Shown: positions 20,397-30,866 of the stretch, piece by piece | How positions within the stretch are numbered: position 1 is the stretch's first letter | How the letters are laid out: the number at the start of each line of letters is the position of its first letter | Assembly (NCBI GenBank): GCA_963769425.1 | Contig: CAVYLP010000004.1 | Span: 160,001 to 224,000 of the forward strand | Source: Candidatus Bathyarchaeota archaeon | GTDB taxonomy: Archaea > Thermoproteota > Bathyarchaeia > TCS64 | DNA length: 64,000 nucleotides | Reading direction: 5' to 3' | Position numbers and translations under genes: made by a program | Notes under the pieces: generated by a model | The model's database searches: none | What the model was told of the DNA's origin: nothing | Seen by the model: only the letters and a program-made list of their open reading frames with translations

Positions 20397-21857
20397 TCAA
20401 TCCTCATCTCCTTTAATTCGGTGAACTTGTTGTATGCCTCGTCCCACGCCCGGGTATCCCCGGGTTCGTACTCGATTATATCCGATGAGCCTCGGACTAT
20501 TTTCCTTATATGGTTGAGGTCCCTGACCCTGCCCGTCGCGATGGCTTGGACGAGGAGGTTGCCTATGGCCGTTGCCTCCGCGGGGCCGGCGTATACGCGC
20601 CTCCCCGTGGCGTCCGCGGCGAAGTGGCTGAGTAGCCCGTTTCGCGAGCCGCCGCCGACGATGTGTATCCTCCTTATTCTCCTCGCCGTGGCTTCCTCCA
20701 GCTCGGCGAGGGTGTGCTTGTAGGCGAGGGCGAGTCCCTCCAACGCGACGCGTATAATCTCGCCGTGGCTCCGGGGCGGTCTTCTGCCCCGTCTTGATGC
20801 AGTACCCCACGATGGCGTCTGGCATCGAGGGCGGGTTGAGGAAACCATGCCAGGAAGGGTCGATGACCGCGACGTGTGGCCTCGCCGCCTCAGCGAGGGC
20901 GACAAGTTCATCATACCCATAGCCACCCCCCCACGCCCTCCTACACTCCTGAAGGAGCCAGAGCCCCCCGATGTTCTTCAGCACCCGGTAGGTACCCTCC
21001 ACCCCGCCTTCGTTTGTGATGTTGTATCGGAGGGACGCTGCGTTGACGATAGGTTTCCTAGACTCCACCCCCATTAGGCTCCAGGTCCCTGAGCTGATGT
21101 AGGCGAAGTCTTCTCCCTCAGCGGGGACGGCGGCGACGGCGGAACCCGTGTCGTGGCACCCCACGGCGGCAACTGGAACATCCCCCAACCCCGTCGCGGC
21201 ACGTGTCTCCTTGCTGAGGGTACCGAGGATGGTCCCCGGTTCGACTATCCTCTGGAAGAGCCTCCTCGGGACGCCGAGCGCCGATATGACCTCCTCATCC
21301 CATATGTGGCTCCACGGGTTGACGAGGTGGGTCGTCGATGCCAAGGTGAACTCAGAAGCGGGGACGCCGGTGAGCTTGTAGTTGAAGTAATCCGCGATCA
21401 TGAGCAGGCGGTGAGCGGAGCGAAGCGTATCCGGCTCATCCCTCGCGGTGGCGTCGAGTTGGAAGAGGGTGTTAAAGATGATTACCTGTATCCCCGTTCG
21501 CTCGTAGAGCCTCTCAAGTGGCATCTTCTTTGCGAAGTCATCTATCGTGCCCTCTGTCCGTCTATCCCGGTAGGCGTAGGGTAGCCCAATTTCTTTACCT
21601 CGGTCGTCAAGGAGGGCGTAGTCGACGCCCCAAGAGTCTACGCCTATGCTGTCAGGGTCGCCCCCACACCGGCGCATACCCTCATGAACCTCGGTCAGCT
21701 GCTTCGGCGTATCCCAGTGCATGTGCCCGTCCACATTCACCATGCCGTTCGGGAACCTGTGCACCTCGGAGACCGTGAGCCTGTCGTCGTCGCCCAGTTC
21801 CCCGAGTATGGCCCTACCATTGGACGATCCGAGGTCGAATGCCAGATACCGGGACAC
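20393..21857 (-). CDS. rhaB: rhamnulokinase, frameshift near 20775
   Basis: AFDLGSSNGR, GVDSWGVD, HDTGSA, ISSGTWSL, TNEGG; C-terminus IVGGGSRN, EATAIGN in the other frame. Confidence 0.92.
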
Positions 21858-21892
21858 GAATCAGAAACCGCGGGATCAGTATTTAACGAAAG

Positions 21893-23056
21893 TTACTCGA
21901 AGGTCCAATCGTCTTTTTGTTCCCAGATCTTCTCAAGAATCTTGCGAGCCTGTCCTGGGGGGAGGCTCAGGAAGAACTTGTCGACGTGCTTGCACATCCG
22001 CTTTCGGTCGGTTGTCTTCTTCCAGTCGTCGCAGTCGTGGCGGAGTACCTTGCCCGATAGATCGACCTCGATTGTGTAGTCCTTGATCTTAGCCTTGACG
22101 AGGTCCTTGGTGTTCAGGGTGACCTTTACCTCCTCGGGCATCTGCTCCGCTCTTGCGAGGCGGCCGTTGTCGGTGAAGTGGGTGAGTAGGTCGGCGACGC
22201 TGAGCCCCTCCTCCTGTTCTTTATAGGATTCGAGGGGTTGGATACCACCGGGGCGGAAGGCTCCGCTCCTGTGTTCCTTGATCTTTGCGAGCGCCCCCTC
22301 CTGCTCGGGAGTAGCCCCGCCCATGCCCTGGAGGAACTCGATAGCGTTCTTCACCGCGGATGCGTTGAAGTGGTTGTTGAAGTAACCGTAGGTCCTCTTC
22401 GCCTTCTTACTGACCTCCTCCACCTTCGGCTTCCACTCCTCCAGCTGTGGCTTCGTGTATTCGTAGTCGTACCAGAGGCGTTTGCCTTGGCCATGCCAGC
22501 GAATATATGCGAAGTCAGCTGTGACGTGGGTCTCCGGGGGCAGCAAGGGCTCATCCACTATCGTGTAGGCAACGTTGTTCTTCTCCAGCATTCCGTATGT
22601 CTCCTTCCGGAGCCAACTGTCGTGGCGGAACTCAATTGCCCACTCGTGGTTCTTCGGGAGTATCTCGAGGAACTTCTCCAGGTCCGCTGCGCTCTCCTTG
22701 TAGGTGAACATGGGGCGTGTTTGGATGAGTATGGGTCCGAGCTTCTCGGCTAGTGGCTGCATGAGGTGGATGAACCTCCACATGTCGTCCTCGACGCCCT
22801 CGCTGAGTTTGAGCCACTTGTCGTGGGTGATTAGCTGTGGGAGCTTGGCGGCGAAGACGAAGCCAGGGGGCGCAGTTCGAGTCCATCCCTCGACTAGGCG
22901 CTCCGTCGGGTAGCTGTAGAAGGTGCTGTTGATCTCCGTCGTTCTGAAGACCTTGGTGTAGTTCGTGAACATGCCCTGCTTCTTATCGTAGAATGGACCT
23001 ATCCACTCGTCGTAGCTCCACCCTGAGGTGCCTATGAGGAGACTCAACGCGTTCAC
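21893..23056 (-). CDS. DUF72 protein with C-terminal SWIM-like zinc finger
   Basis: IGTSGWSY, EINSTFY, AIEFRH, YIRWHG, YFNNH; C-terminal HDCDDW..MCKH. Confidence 0.85.
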   Translation of the reverse strand: MNALSLLIGTSGWSYDEWIGPFYDKKQGMFTNYTKVFRTTEINSTFYSYPTERLVEGWTRTAPPGFVFAAKLPQLITHDKWLKLSEGVEDDMWRFIHLMQPLAEKLGPILIQTRPMFTYKESAADLEKFLEILPKNHEWAIEFRHDSWLRKETYGMLEKNNVAYTIVDEPLLPPETHVTADFAYIRWHGQGKRLWYDYEYTKPQLEEWKPKVEEVSKKAKRTYGYFNNHFNASAVKNAIEFLQGMGGATPEQEGALAKIKEHRSGAFRPGGIQPLESYKEQEEGLSVADLLTHFTDNGRLARAEQMPEEVKVTLNTKDLVKAKIKDYTIEVDLSGKVLRHDCDDWKKTTDRKRMCKHVDKFFLSLPPGQARKILEKIWEQKDDWTFE

Positions 23057-23133
23057 CGATAGGGAATCGCTCTACGCCGGTTAAATGCTTCACCGAGGGG
23101 ATGCAAAGTATGAAATGCGCGCCTTCCTAATTC

Positions 23134-23559
23134 TTGTTCCATCGGGTGTTATACTTGATCAGGGTGAGGAGGCTCAACGAGGAACCTGGGGAGCCTGAGA
23201 AGGAGGAGGGCTCCCAAGGCGTCAACTCTATCGATGTCATCTTGAAGAGGTCGGACCTGAAGGCGTTCAGCAGTCGAATTCTACGCATAAACCCAGGTGG
23301 GCACACAGCGTTCCATAGCCACACAAGGGAGCATGTCGCCATCGTCCTCACGGGCAAGTGCAAGGTAGAAACAAAGGAAGCAACGCAGGAGCTGCGGGAA
23401 GCTATGATAGTCACCATCCCCTCCGGGGAGGGGCATAGGTTCATCAACGCAGGGAATGTCCCACTCGCAATACTCATCCTAAACCTCTTCACGGAGGAGG
23501 AGCCTAAGCCAGCGGAGCCAGCTCCCATCGGAATGGTCGAAGGGGATCCCAGAGCTTGA
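23134..23559 (+). CDS. cupin-domain protein
   Basis: PGGHTAFHSH..EH..G, IPSGEGHRF; start uncertain. Confidence 0.75.
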   Translation: MFHRVLYLIRVRRLNEEPGEPEKEEGSQGVNSIDVILKRSDLKAFSSRILRINPGGHTAFHSHTREHVAIVLTGKCKVETKEATQELREAMIVTIPSGEGHRFINAGNVPLAILILNLFTEEEPKPAEPAPIGMVEGDPRA

Positions 23560-24569
23560 AGGTGCTTGAAGAGGGTAAGGGCGAACTCCTCGCGTGGATG
23601 GATCCCGACGATGCACGGGACTGGATGTCGACTAAGAAGAGCAGGCAGCTGACTGACAAGTTGATGCCGATTAAGGAGGCGGTATCAAAGTTCACCTTCG
23701 ATGGCGGATACCTCGCCATGGGTGGCTTTGGACACGTTCGGGTCAGCATGGCGGGGATCTACGAGATGATACGGCAGAAAAGGAAGAATCTCGTCATCGC
23801 GGGGAAGACCGCCGTACATGACGTAGATGTCCTCATCGCCTCCGGCGTCGTTGACCGCGTCGAATGCGCCTACTCCTTCGGTCATGAGCTTCGCGGGCTC
23901 AGCCCTGCGGGTCGCAGAGCCGTCGAGGGCGGAAAGGTCAAGATCGTGGCGGAGCTTAGCAACGCAGCCTTCCAGTGGAGGTTCAAGGCAGCCTCGATGG
24001 GCCTACCGTGGCTACCAGCGCGCGTGATGATGGGCACTGACACCTTCAAGCACAGCAGCTCCAAGGTTGTGGAAGACCCCTACACGGGTAAGCCGATCTG
24101 CCTCATACCCGCCTGCTACCCCGACTTCGCCTTCGTGCACGTCCACCGATGCGACAAGTACGGAAACGCCCAGATCGACGGCACCATCATCGAGGACAAG
24201 GAGCTGGCTATGGCGGCTAAGAGGCTCATAGTCACCACGGAGGAGATCGTCCCTGAGGAGGAGATCAGGGCGGCTCCAGACCGCACCGTAATACCCTTCT
24301 TCATGGTGGACGCCGTCTGCGAGGTCCCCTATGGTAGCCACCCGGGGAACATGCCGCTACTCTACTACAGCGACGAGGAGCACATGGCGGAGTGGCTGGC
24401 GCTCAGCAGGACAGAGGATGGGGTGAAGCAGTACCTCGACAAGTATGTCTATCCGGTCGATGACTTCGCGGAGTACGTCGCCCTCGTCGGTGGGGAGAAG
24501 AAGATGGAGTACCTGCGGAGGCTGGAGAGGCTCGAGGAGCCTCTAACGGCCCCGTGGGCGAAGAGGTGA
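23556..24569 (+). CDS. CoA-transferase subunit A (glutaconate CoA-transferase-like)
   Basis: LAMGGFG, AASMGLPWLP, GTD, DKYGNAQI, PYGSHP. Confidence 0.88.
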   Translation: MKVLEEGKGELLAWMDPDDARDWMSTKKSRQLTDKLMPIKEAVSKFTFDGGYLAMGGFGHVRVSMAGIYEMIRQKRKNLVIAGKTAVHDVDVLIASGVVDRVECAYSFGHELRGLSPAGRRAVEGGKVKIVAELSNAAFQWRFKAASMGLPWLPARVMMGTDTFKHSSSKVVEDPYTGKPICLIPACYPDFAFVHVHRCDKYGNAQIDGTIIEDKELAMAAKRLIVTTEEIVPEEEIRAAPDRTVIPFFMVDAVCEVPYGSHPGNMPLLYYSDEEHMAEWLALSRTEDGVKQYLDKYVYPVDDFAEYVALVGGEKKMEYLRRLERLEEPLTAPWAKR

Positions 24570-25336
24570 ATGTATTGGCTTACAATCCCACCGAATTGAT
24601 GGCCTGCGCCGCGTCTCGGGTGCTGGAAGATGGTAAATCCGTCTTCGTAGGCACCGGCCTACCTATCATAGCGTCGATGCTCGCCCAGAGGACCCACGCA
24701 CCGAACCTCCTGGTTGTCTTCGAGGCAGGGGGCATTGGCCCCAAGATTCCCGCGATACCTATCAGCGTCGGCGACAGCCGCACCTTCTACAAGGCGATCA
24801 TGGCGGCGAGCATGGACTACGTGATGAGCTGCGCCCAGCTCGGCCACATCGACTATGGTTTCCTCGGCGCTGCCCAGATAGATCAGTACGGCAACCTGAA
24901 CACGACCTGCATCGGGCTGCATGAAAAGCCTAAGACGCGGCTACCAGGCAGCGGTGGCGCAAACGACCTCGGCAGCCTCTGCCATCGCACAATCGTCCTC
25001 ATGCGCCAGGATACCCGCAAGTTCGTAGAAAAGATCGATTATCTCACCACACCAGGATACCTCTCTGGGCCTGGAGCGAGGGAGAAAGCGGGGCTCCCGC
25101 GGAACACTGGTCCGTACAGGGTTATAACCCAACTCGGCGTCATGGGGTTCGACCCGGAATCGAAGAGGATGACCCTCGTCTCTGCCCACCCAGGGGTGAC
25201 TGTAAAGGACATTATTGACAACACAGGGTTCAAACTTATAGTCCCCGATGTCGTCCCGACAACGGACATGCCCAGCGCCGAGGAGTTACGCATACTCCGA
25301 GAGGAGCTGGACCCCAACAAGATAGTTATTGGGTAA
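24554..25336 (+). CDS. CoA-transferase subunit B
   Basis: FVGTGLP, catalytic FEAG, GAAQIDQYGNLN, RLPGSGGAND. Confidence 0.88.
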   Translation: MGEEVNVLAYNPTELMACAASRVLEDGKSVFVGTGLPIIASMLAQRTHAPNLLVVFEAGGIGPKIPAIPISVGDSRTFYKAIMAASMDYVMSCAQLGHIDYGFLGAAQIDQYGNLNTTCIGLHEKPKTRLPGSGGANDLGSLCHRTIVLMRQDTRKFVEKIDYLTTPGYLSGPGAREKAGLPRNTGPYRVITQLGVMGFDPESKRMTLVSAHPGVTVKDIIDNTGFKLIVPDVVPTTDMPSAEELRILREELDPNKIVIG

Positions 25337-25350
25337 CAGTCTTCAACGGT

Positions 25351-25635
25351 CTATCTGATTAGTCCTCTGCTTCGGATTTTCTCTTTAGTTTCTTGCGGGA
25401 GAAGCTTGTACGCCTCCGCCATCTCATCCCAGTCGAGCATCTCCCACCACTCGGGTTTGGAGATGCTGATCGAAGGGTTCCCAACCTCGATTTTTACGAG
25501 GTCGCCATCGTTAAATTGCCAATTAGGATCGTCTAAGACGCTCTGAGGTAGGTATAACCGTGCACCTGATTTCTTGAAGTACTTGACCTTAGAGACCGCC
25601 ACTTTCCCCATAGTAGACCCTTCCATTCTCCGCAC
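25351..25635 (-). CDS. small AbrB-like DNA-binding protein
   Basis: ARLYLPQSV...GDLVKIEV swapped-hairpin pattern. Confidence 0.5.
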   Translation of the reverse strand: MRRMEGSTMGKVAVSKVKYFKKSGARLYLPQSVLDDPNWQFNDGDLVKIEVGNPSISISKPEWWEMLDWDEMAEAYKLLPQETKEKIRSRGLIR

Positions 25636-25829
25636 CTTAGATGTTAAGGAGCAGATTTTATAATTACTTAGTAACTTTTAAACTTTTTAGTATTTAATAT
25701 CTTACTAAGTACCAAATTTATATAACATACAATTTATATTGTATCTATCCTCGCCATAGTGGGCGTGAGAGATCCTATGGTATTACGATGAATGGTATCG
25801 CTGTTCTCGAGGTTTGGGGCTGATCTGAG

Positions 25830-26778
25830 CTAGAGTTGGGGCTTCACCTTCTCGGTGAAGAGCCTCATCCCTCGATTTCCTCACCGAAGTGGAATCTGAG
25901 GATGAAGTGGTCGACGCCAAGTGCCGTGTATTCCTTAATGCGGGCGGCGACTTGGTCGGTTGTACCGACTAGGTTGGCGGTTGCTTGGCGAGGTACCTCA
26001 TGTAGGGGGTGTTCGCTGCGTGCTTCGCGTTCCCGGAGCTTTACTTTGAGGGCATCTTCGTCCTCTGCCATAGTGATCATGAGTCCGGCGGACTTCCGGA
26101 TGCTCGAGTAGTCTCTGTCACGAGCCTCGCAGTAGCTCTCTGAACTCATCCAATTTGGCTTTAAACTGTTGGTACTGGAATTGTCCATGCGAAGTTGATA
26201 GCGTCTGCGTGGCGGGCGGCTATCTTGAGGGTGAAGCTGCCTGTGCCGCCGATCCAGATCGGCGGGTGAGGCTTCTGTATGGGCTTCGGGGCGCAGATCG
26301 CGTCTTTTACACTGTAGTATCTGCCCTCGTAGGTGGCCCTCTCCTCCGTCCACATTCTCTTAGCTATCTCGAGCGCGTCGTTGAGCTGCCTGATGCGTGT
26401 GTCTGGGCGAGGGGAACGGGTACCCGTAGGCCTTGTACTCTACGTCTTTCCACCCGCGCCAACTCCGAAGTTGAGTCTACCCTCCGCTCATGTTGTCGAC
26501 GCTCGCCGCCATCTTCGCGGCTAGGGCGGGGTTCCTGTAGCTCTGCGAGGCGACCATGGCGCCGAGGCGGAGCTTCTTCGTGTCCCGGGCGAGGGCGGAG
26601 AGGGTCGTCCAGCACTCGAGACACGGCGTATCAGCAGACTCCGGCGTCAGGAAGAAGTGATCCGACACCCAGAGCGACTCGAAGCCGAGCCGCTCAGCCT
26701 CTGCAGCGATCCCCTGATGCTCTCGTAGGTGAAGCCGTACTGGGGCTCGATCTGCAAACCGAAGTCTAGGCGAGCCAT
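25830..26778 (-). pseudogene. LLM-class F420-dependent oxidoreductase, several frameshifts
   Basis: fragments in successive frames: GFESLWVSDHF, ECWTTLSALA, YRNPALAAKMAASVD, PKPIQKPHPPIWIGG, LVGTTDQVAARI. Confidence 0.8.
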
Positions 26779-26897
26779 CACTCCTGAGTGGCTGGTGGAA
26801 CGATATAACCCATAACACCTAAACCACGGTTTGACGAGCGTTTAGTTATCTGACGGGGAAGCTGAATTTCTCGAGTTTACAATGGGGAGAAGATGAC

Positions 26898-27740
26898 GTG
26901 TCTTACAAGTTGAGTCTCGAGGAGGTTGAGAAACTCGGCTACTACGACTTCATGGGTTACCTGGGCGTGCCCTTCTTCAACATCGGGGGATTCGCCAGCA
27001 TAGACCACCTCGCGGAACTGTGCCAAATAACGCAGGAGACCAGGATACTGGAGGTCGGCTGCGGGACAGGGGACGAACGCCTGCTACCTCGCCGAGAAGT
27101 ACGGGTGTACCGTCGTTGGCATAGACATCGCCGAGTACATGGTGGGGCAAGCGACCAGGAAGGCGGAGGAACGGGGCCTCTCCGATCGAGTATCCTTCAG
27201 GGTAGGGAACGCCTACCGGCTCGACTTCCCCGACACCACATTCGACGCCGTCATAACCGTCTTCGTCAGCCAGTTCCTCGACCCTGCCAAGGCGTTCCCA
27301 GAGTTCATCAGGGTCCTCAAGGACGGCGGCCGTCTCGGTGTAAACGAGATGTACCGGGCGGAGAACGTGCCCCTAGAGATTAAGGAGAAGGTAGACGAAA
27401 ACGAGAAGGCATTCCGCGAGCTGACCGGGCTGCCCTTCACCCTCCGCAGCCCCGAGACGTGGCAGTCGAGCCTTCGAATCCGCTGGGTTCGAACCCGTCA
27501 CGCTTAGAGAAGCACCCCAACGCCCAGCAGCAACCCTACTCGGAAGTATAGTCGAGGAGTTCGGTGGATGGGGCAAACTCATCGGCACCTTCTGGATGTT
27601 GCTCGTCTACGCCCTGAGGAGCGGGGAGATAGAAGAAGACGCTTTACCAAGTAGGCAGCACCAAGAAGACCCTGATAAGAGACAAGGAGACGAGCAAGTA
27701 CATCGGCTACGTTCTCTGCGTGGGTTCAAAGAACCCTTGA
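26898..27740 (+). pseudogene. class I SAM-dependent methyltransferase, several frameshifts
   Basis: ILEVGCGTG then GIDIAE, GNAYRLDFPDTTFDAV, RVLKDGGRL in shifted frames. Confidence 0.78.
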
Positions 27741-28183
27741 ATCCTAAGGTTTCTTATGAATAGCTGAAGATTAGACCAGCCCATCAATACAAAAAAGGTA
27801 AACAGTACAATGAATCCCATTCTCCGATTGAGTCTAAAAGAAACTCCAATGATGCTGAATTCAGCTGCATAAAATACAAGAATATATGAGATATGCATTA
27901 TTAAGTTCTCCCTAAATGGGATAAACAAAATATAATCAAGCAATAACTCTAATAGAAGATAGAGAATGATCACTATATTGGATATTATTATCCGTTTTTC
28001 CTCATCACCCTTCAAGAATTCTATTAAGGTGTAGGTAAACGGGATAATCAAAATTATTATCGGGACACCAATGACCCGAACGAGAGTCATTTGATCAAAC
28101 TTAGAGAAAACGTAGACAGCACTCACTAGAATATTAAACATGATGGAGGCAGCAATGAATATTCTATCTCGGTTTTTGTTCAA
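27707..28183 (-). CDS. AT-rich membrane protein (cassette 1); true stop probably near 27754
   Basis: five hydrophobic segments, LELLLDYIL..PFR; lower GC than flanks. Confidence 0.7.
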   Translation of the reverse strand: MNKNRDRIFIAASIMFNILVSAVYVFSKFDQMTLVRVIGVPIIILIIPFTYTLIEFLKGDEEKRIIISNIVIILYLLLELLLDYILFIPFRENLIMHISYILVFYAAEFSIIGVSFRLNRRMGFIVLFTFFVLMGWSNLQLFIRNLRIQGFFEPTQRT

Positions 28184-28242
28184 AGGATTCTTTACCTGAA
28201 CACAATTCGATCCCTCGTGTACGTGACCACGTCAACCACAAA

Positions 28243-28355
28243 TCACTATTAACTATCAGGTGGATGTGAGGATAAGACTATTACACGTAAGATGAGGCTT
28301 ATACCGAAGTAACTTTGGGATAAGTTTTTTCGAAATCAGGCAGAGCTAAGGATGA
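28243..28355. repeat. cassette repeat copy A
   Basis: TCACTATTAACTATCAGGTGGATGTGAGGATAAGACTATT..AGATGAGGCT..TTTGGGATAAG..GAGCTAAGGAT. Confidence 0.88.
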
Positions 28356-28408
28356 GCACAGGAAAACTTGACGCATGAACAACAAATAAGATGTATACTG
28401 TAACCACG

Positions 28409-29851
28409 TTATTTTTTACCTTCATAGACCTTTGCCAGCTCTCTGGCCTTGTCGAGCGGCGGCTCAATAGACGAGTCTCGTTTATACTCCCTACCCCGAA
28501 GCCGTCTGACATGCTCTCCCTTCGCGTCCCTCAACAGGTTAGGGGTCATTAACAGATCTAGGACAGACCCAGCCATGGTTTTAGACGCGAATAATAGACT
28601 CTTATGACCGATGCCAGACCCGCTGCAGGCAGTAAACTGCCAGCTGTGACCCGGAGCACCATTAACATTACAGGCGGTGTTAAACTCCATGGTCGGAGTA
28701 ATCCAGCTGACATCAGCCACATCGGTGCTTCCGGGACTCGTAGTCCCATCGTCCCAAGCGTCGAAGATCTCCGTTATTAGGTCCTGATCCACATATTTTT
28801 CCCAGTTGGGAACCTTATCCTTCCTTAGACTCGTCTCTCTATCCTCAAGCGGGAAGCTCTTAGCGATCTCCGCCGCGAACTCGTGATCCTCCGGGCTAAA
28901 TCGCTGGGGACCGACGAGCCGCATATTGGCTGTAACAACCTCGCTGAGAACCTTGTTCGGAATCTTATGGTACCCACCCCAACTCATCTCAGCCTCCAGT
29001 CTCGTCTCAGTCATCAACGCAGCTCCCTCAGCTACCTTCAATACACGTTGCTTGATAGGTTCCAGGAGAACCTGCTCGGGAGCCCGGATGTAGTAGTAGC
29101 TGCGCGCATAGTCAGGCACAACGTTGGGCTGACCACCACCGGCCTCGATGACGTAGTGGATTCTAGCCTCGGGGATTATGTGCTCCCTCAGATAGTTTAC
29201 ACCAACATTCATGAGCTCGACGGCGTCGAGGGCGCTTCTACCCGCCTCAGGATTCGCGGCTGCGTGGCTCGATTTCCCGTGGAAGTGGAAGTACGCACCA
29301 CTTATCACGTTGCTGCTGGCCAGGGTAGCCACATTCATATCCCCCGGGTGGTGGCTTAAGGTGGCGTCTACGTCGTCGAAGAGGCCGTGGTTGACCATGA
29401 TTCTCTTCCCGCTGAAGTTCTCCTCGGCAGGGGTACCATAGAATCGAATAGTTCCCTGTATGCCATGTTTCTCCAGCGCCTCACCGGCCGCAATAGCTGC
29501 CGCGAGGGCAGTTGTGCCGTGGATGTTGTGTCCGCATCCGTGGCCCATCCCGCCCTCGATTAGAGGCTCTTTTCGAGGTATGGGTCTGTTGCTTAAGTTT
29601 GGTAGGGCATCGTACTCACCCATGACGGCTACAATTGGTTTGCCTTGCCCTTTTTCGGCCAGAATTGCTGTGGGCATATTGGCGACGCCTTGTTGGACTC
29701 GGAAACCGTTTTTCCTCAGGGTTTCGGCGAGTAGTCGGCTTGATTTTTCCTCGCATAGGCCGTACTCTGCGTAACCCCATATCTCATCGCTAATGGAGGT
29801 TAGTTGGTCCTGGTGGTCTTCTATCCATTTCCACGCCGTTTCTTTGATCAA
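28409..29851 (-). CDS. M20 amidohydrolase, AbgB-like (cassette 2)
   Basis: EYDALP, GHGCGHN, GTPAEE, GRSALDA, GSTDVADVSW, PGHSWQ. Confidence 0.92.
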   Translation of the reverse strand: MIKETAWKWIEDHQDQLTSISDEIWGYAEYGLCEEKSSRLLAETLRKNGFRVQQGVANMPTAILAEKGQGKPIVAVMGEYDALPNLSNRPIPRKEPLIEGGMGHGCGHNIHGTTALAAAIAAGEALEKHGIQGTIRFYGTPAEENFSGKRIMVNHGLFDDVDATLSHHPGDMNVATLASSNVISGAYFHFHGKSSHAAANPEAGRSALDAVELMNVGVNYLREHIIPEARIHYVIEAGGGQPNVVPDYARSYYYIRAPEQVLLEPIKQRVLKVAEGAALMTETRLEAEMSWGGYHKIPNKVLSEVVTANMRLVGPQRFSPEDHEFAAEIAKSFPLEDRETSLRKDKVPNWEKYVDQDLITEIFDAWDDGTTSPGSTDVADVSWITPTMEFNTACNVNGAPGHSWQFTACSGSGIGHKSLLFASKTMAGSVLDLLMTPNLLRDAKGEHVRRLRGREYKRDSSIEPPLDKARELAKVYEGKK

Positions 29852-29960
29852 GTCTTATCGAATATTCATGGCGAGGGTGGATGTATAAAGTATTAAAAGT
29901 ACACATTGGAATTAGGCGATCGATTTTTAGTTGGAGTGAATTGTAATTTTGATCAAGGCT

Positions 29961-30055
29961 GACTATCAGGTGGAACCGGATAAGACATTCACCCCTAGAT
30001 TTCTATTACGTTAGATGAGGCTAATGCCAAAGAGACGTTGGGATTAGATTTTCTT
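29961..30055. repeat. cassette repeat copy B (with a short insertion after GGATAAGAC)
   Basis: GACTATCAGGTGGAACCGGATAAGAC-ATTCACCCCT-AGATTTCT..TTAGATGAGGCTAATGCCAAAG..TTGGGATTAGATTTT. Confidence 0.85.
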
Positions 30056-30113
30056 AACCAAGTAGTTTGATAAAAAGCGCACGTTTTACCCGAATAGATG
30101 GCAATACTATATT

Positions 30114-30629
30114 ATGGGGTATCCAAAGACTCTTTTGGAGATTCTCTTGTCTGACAGAGTTAAGACCCTAAAAGCATTCGCTGAAGTTCTCTTCGGTAGA
30201 TTCGATAACTCGGTGAAGGATCTGAAAGAGGCCGAGGCTGTCTGGAAACCCGTGGGCGAGGCAAACAACATCATGTGGATTCTCACCCACCTTTCTCAGG
30301 AGTGGAATGTAGGCGTAACCCGAGCCATCAAGGGCGACCCGACATTCAAAGTTGCAGGCTGGCCTGATGATTACGTCGGCAACTCGTCATACTCCTTGAA
30401 TAAGATTATGAAGGACCTTAAACAGGGTAGGGAGATTTTCATTGGAGCGTTGGACAAGCTTAGCCCCGCGGACCTGGATGTTGAGATTAACACGGCCCGT
30501 GGGGTTAGGAAACGTGAGATGATGCTTATGATGCTTATATCAGAGATTTCTCATCATGCGGGGCAGATCGCCTACATTAGAGGAGCAGTCGGTCGTAGGA
30601 AACTGACTGAACCTGCTTTCCTCGCATAA
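30114..30629 (+). CDS. DinB family protein (cassette 3)
   Basis: NNIMWILTHL, HHAGQIAYIR. Confidence 0.85.
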   Translation: MGYPKTLLEILLSDRVKTLKAFAEVLFGRFDNSVKDLKEAEAVWKPVGEANNIMWILTHLSQEWNVGVTRAIKGDPTFKVAGWPDDYVGNSSYSLNKIMKDLKQGREIFIGALDKLSPADLDVEINTARGVRKREMMLMMLISEISHHAGQIAYIRGAVGRRKLTEPAFLA

Positions 30630-30690
30630 GGCCCGCACATTATTGGGTAAATAACGTTATAAACAGAGGCGTAAGCGCCTCGCCAATCAA

Positions 30691-30805
30691 TCACTAGATT
30701 ACTATCAAGTGGAGGTGAGGATAAGATTTCTTATACATTAGATGAGGCTAATACCAAAGTGAATTTGGGTTAAGATTTTTCCGGATAGAGTTGAGCTGAG
30801 GATAA
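30691..30805. repeat. cassette repeat copy C
   Basis: TCACTAGATTACTATCAAGTGGAGGTGAGGATAAGATTTCTT..TTAGATGAGGCTAATACCAAAGT..TTTGGGTTAAG..GAGCTGAGGAT. Confidence 0.88.
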
Positions 30806-30866
30806 ATCTATGGCAAGGCTGTACACGCGATAAAAATTAAAGAAGTATCGACGATATAATCGAATC

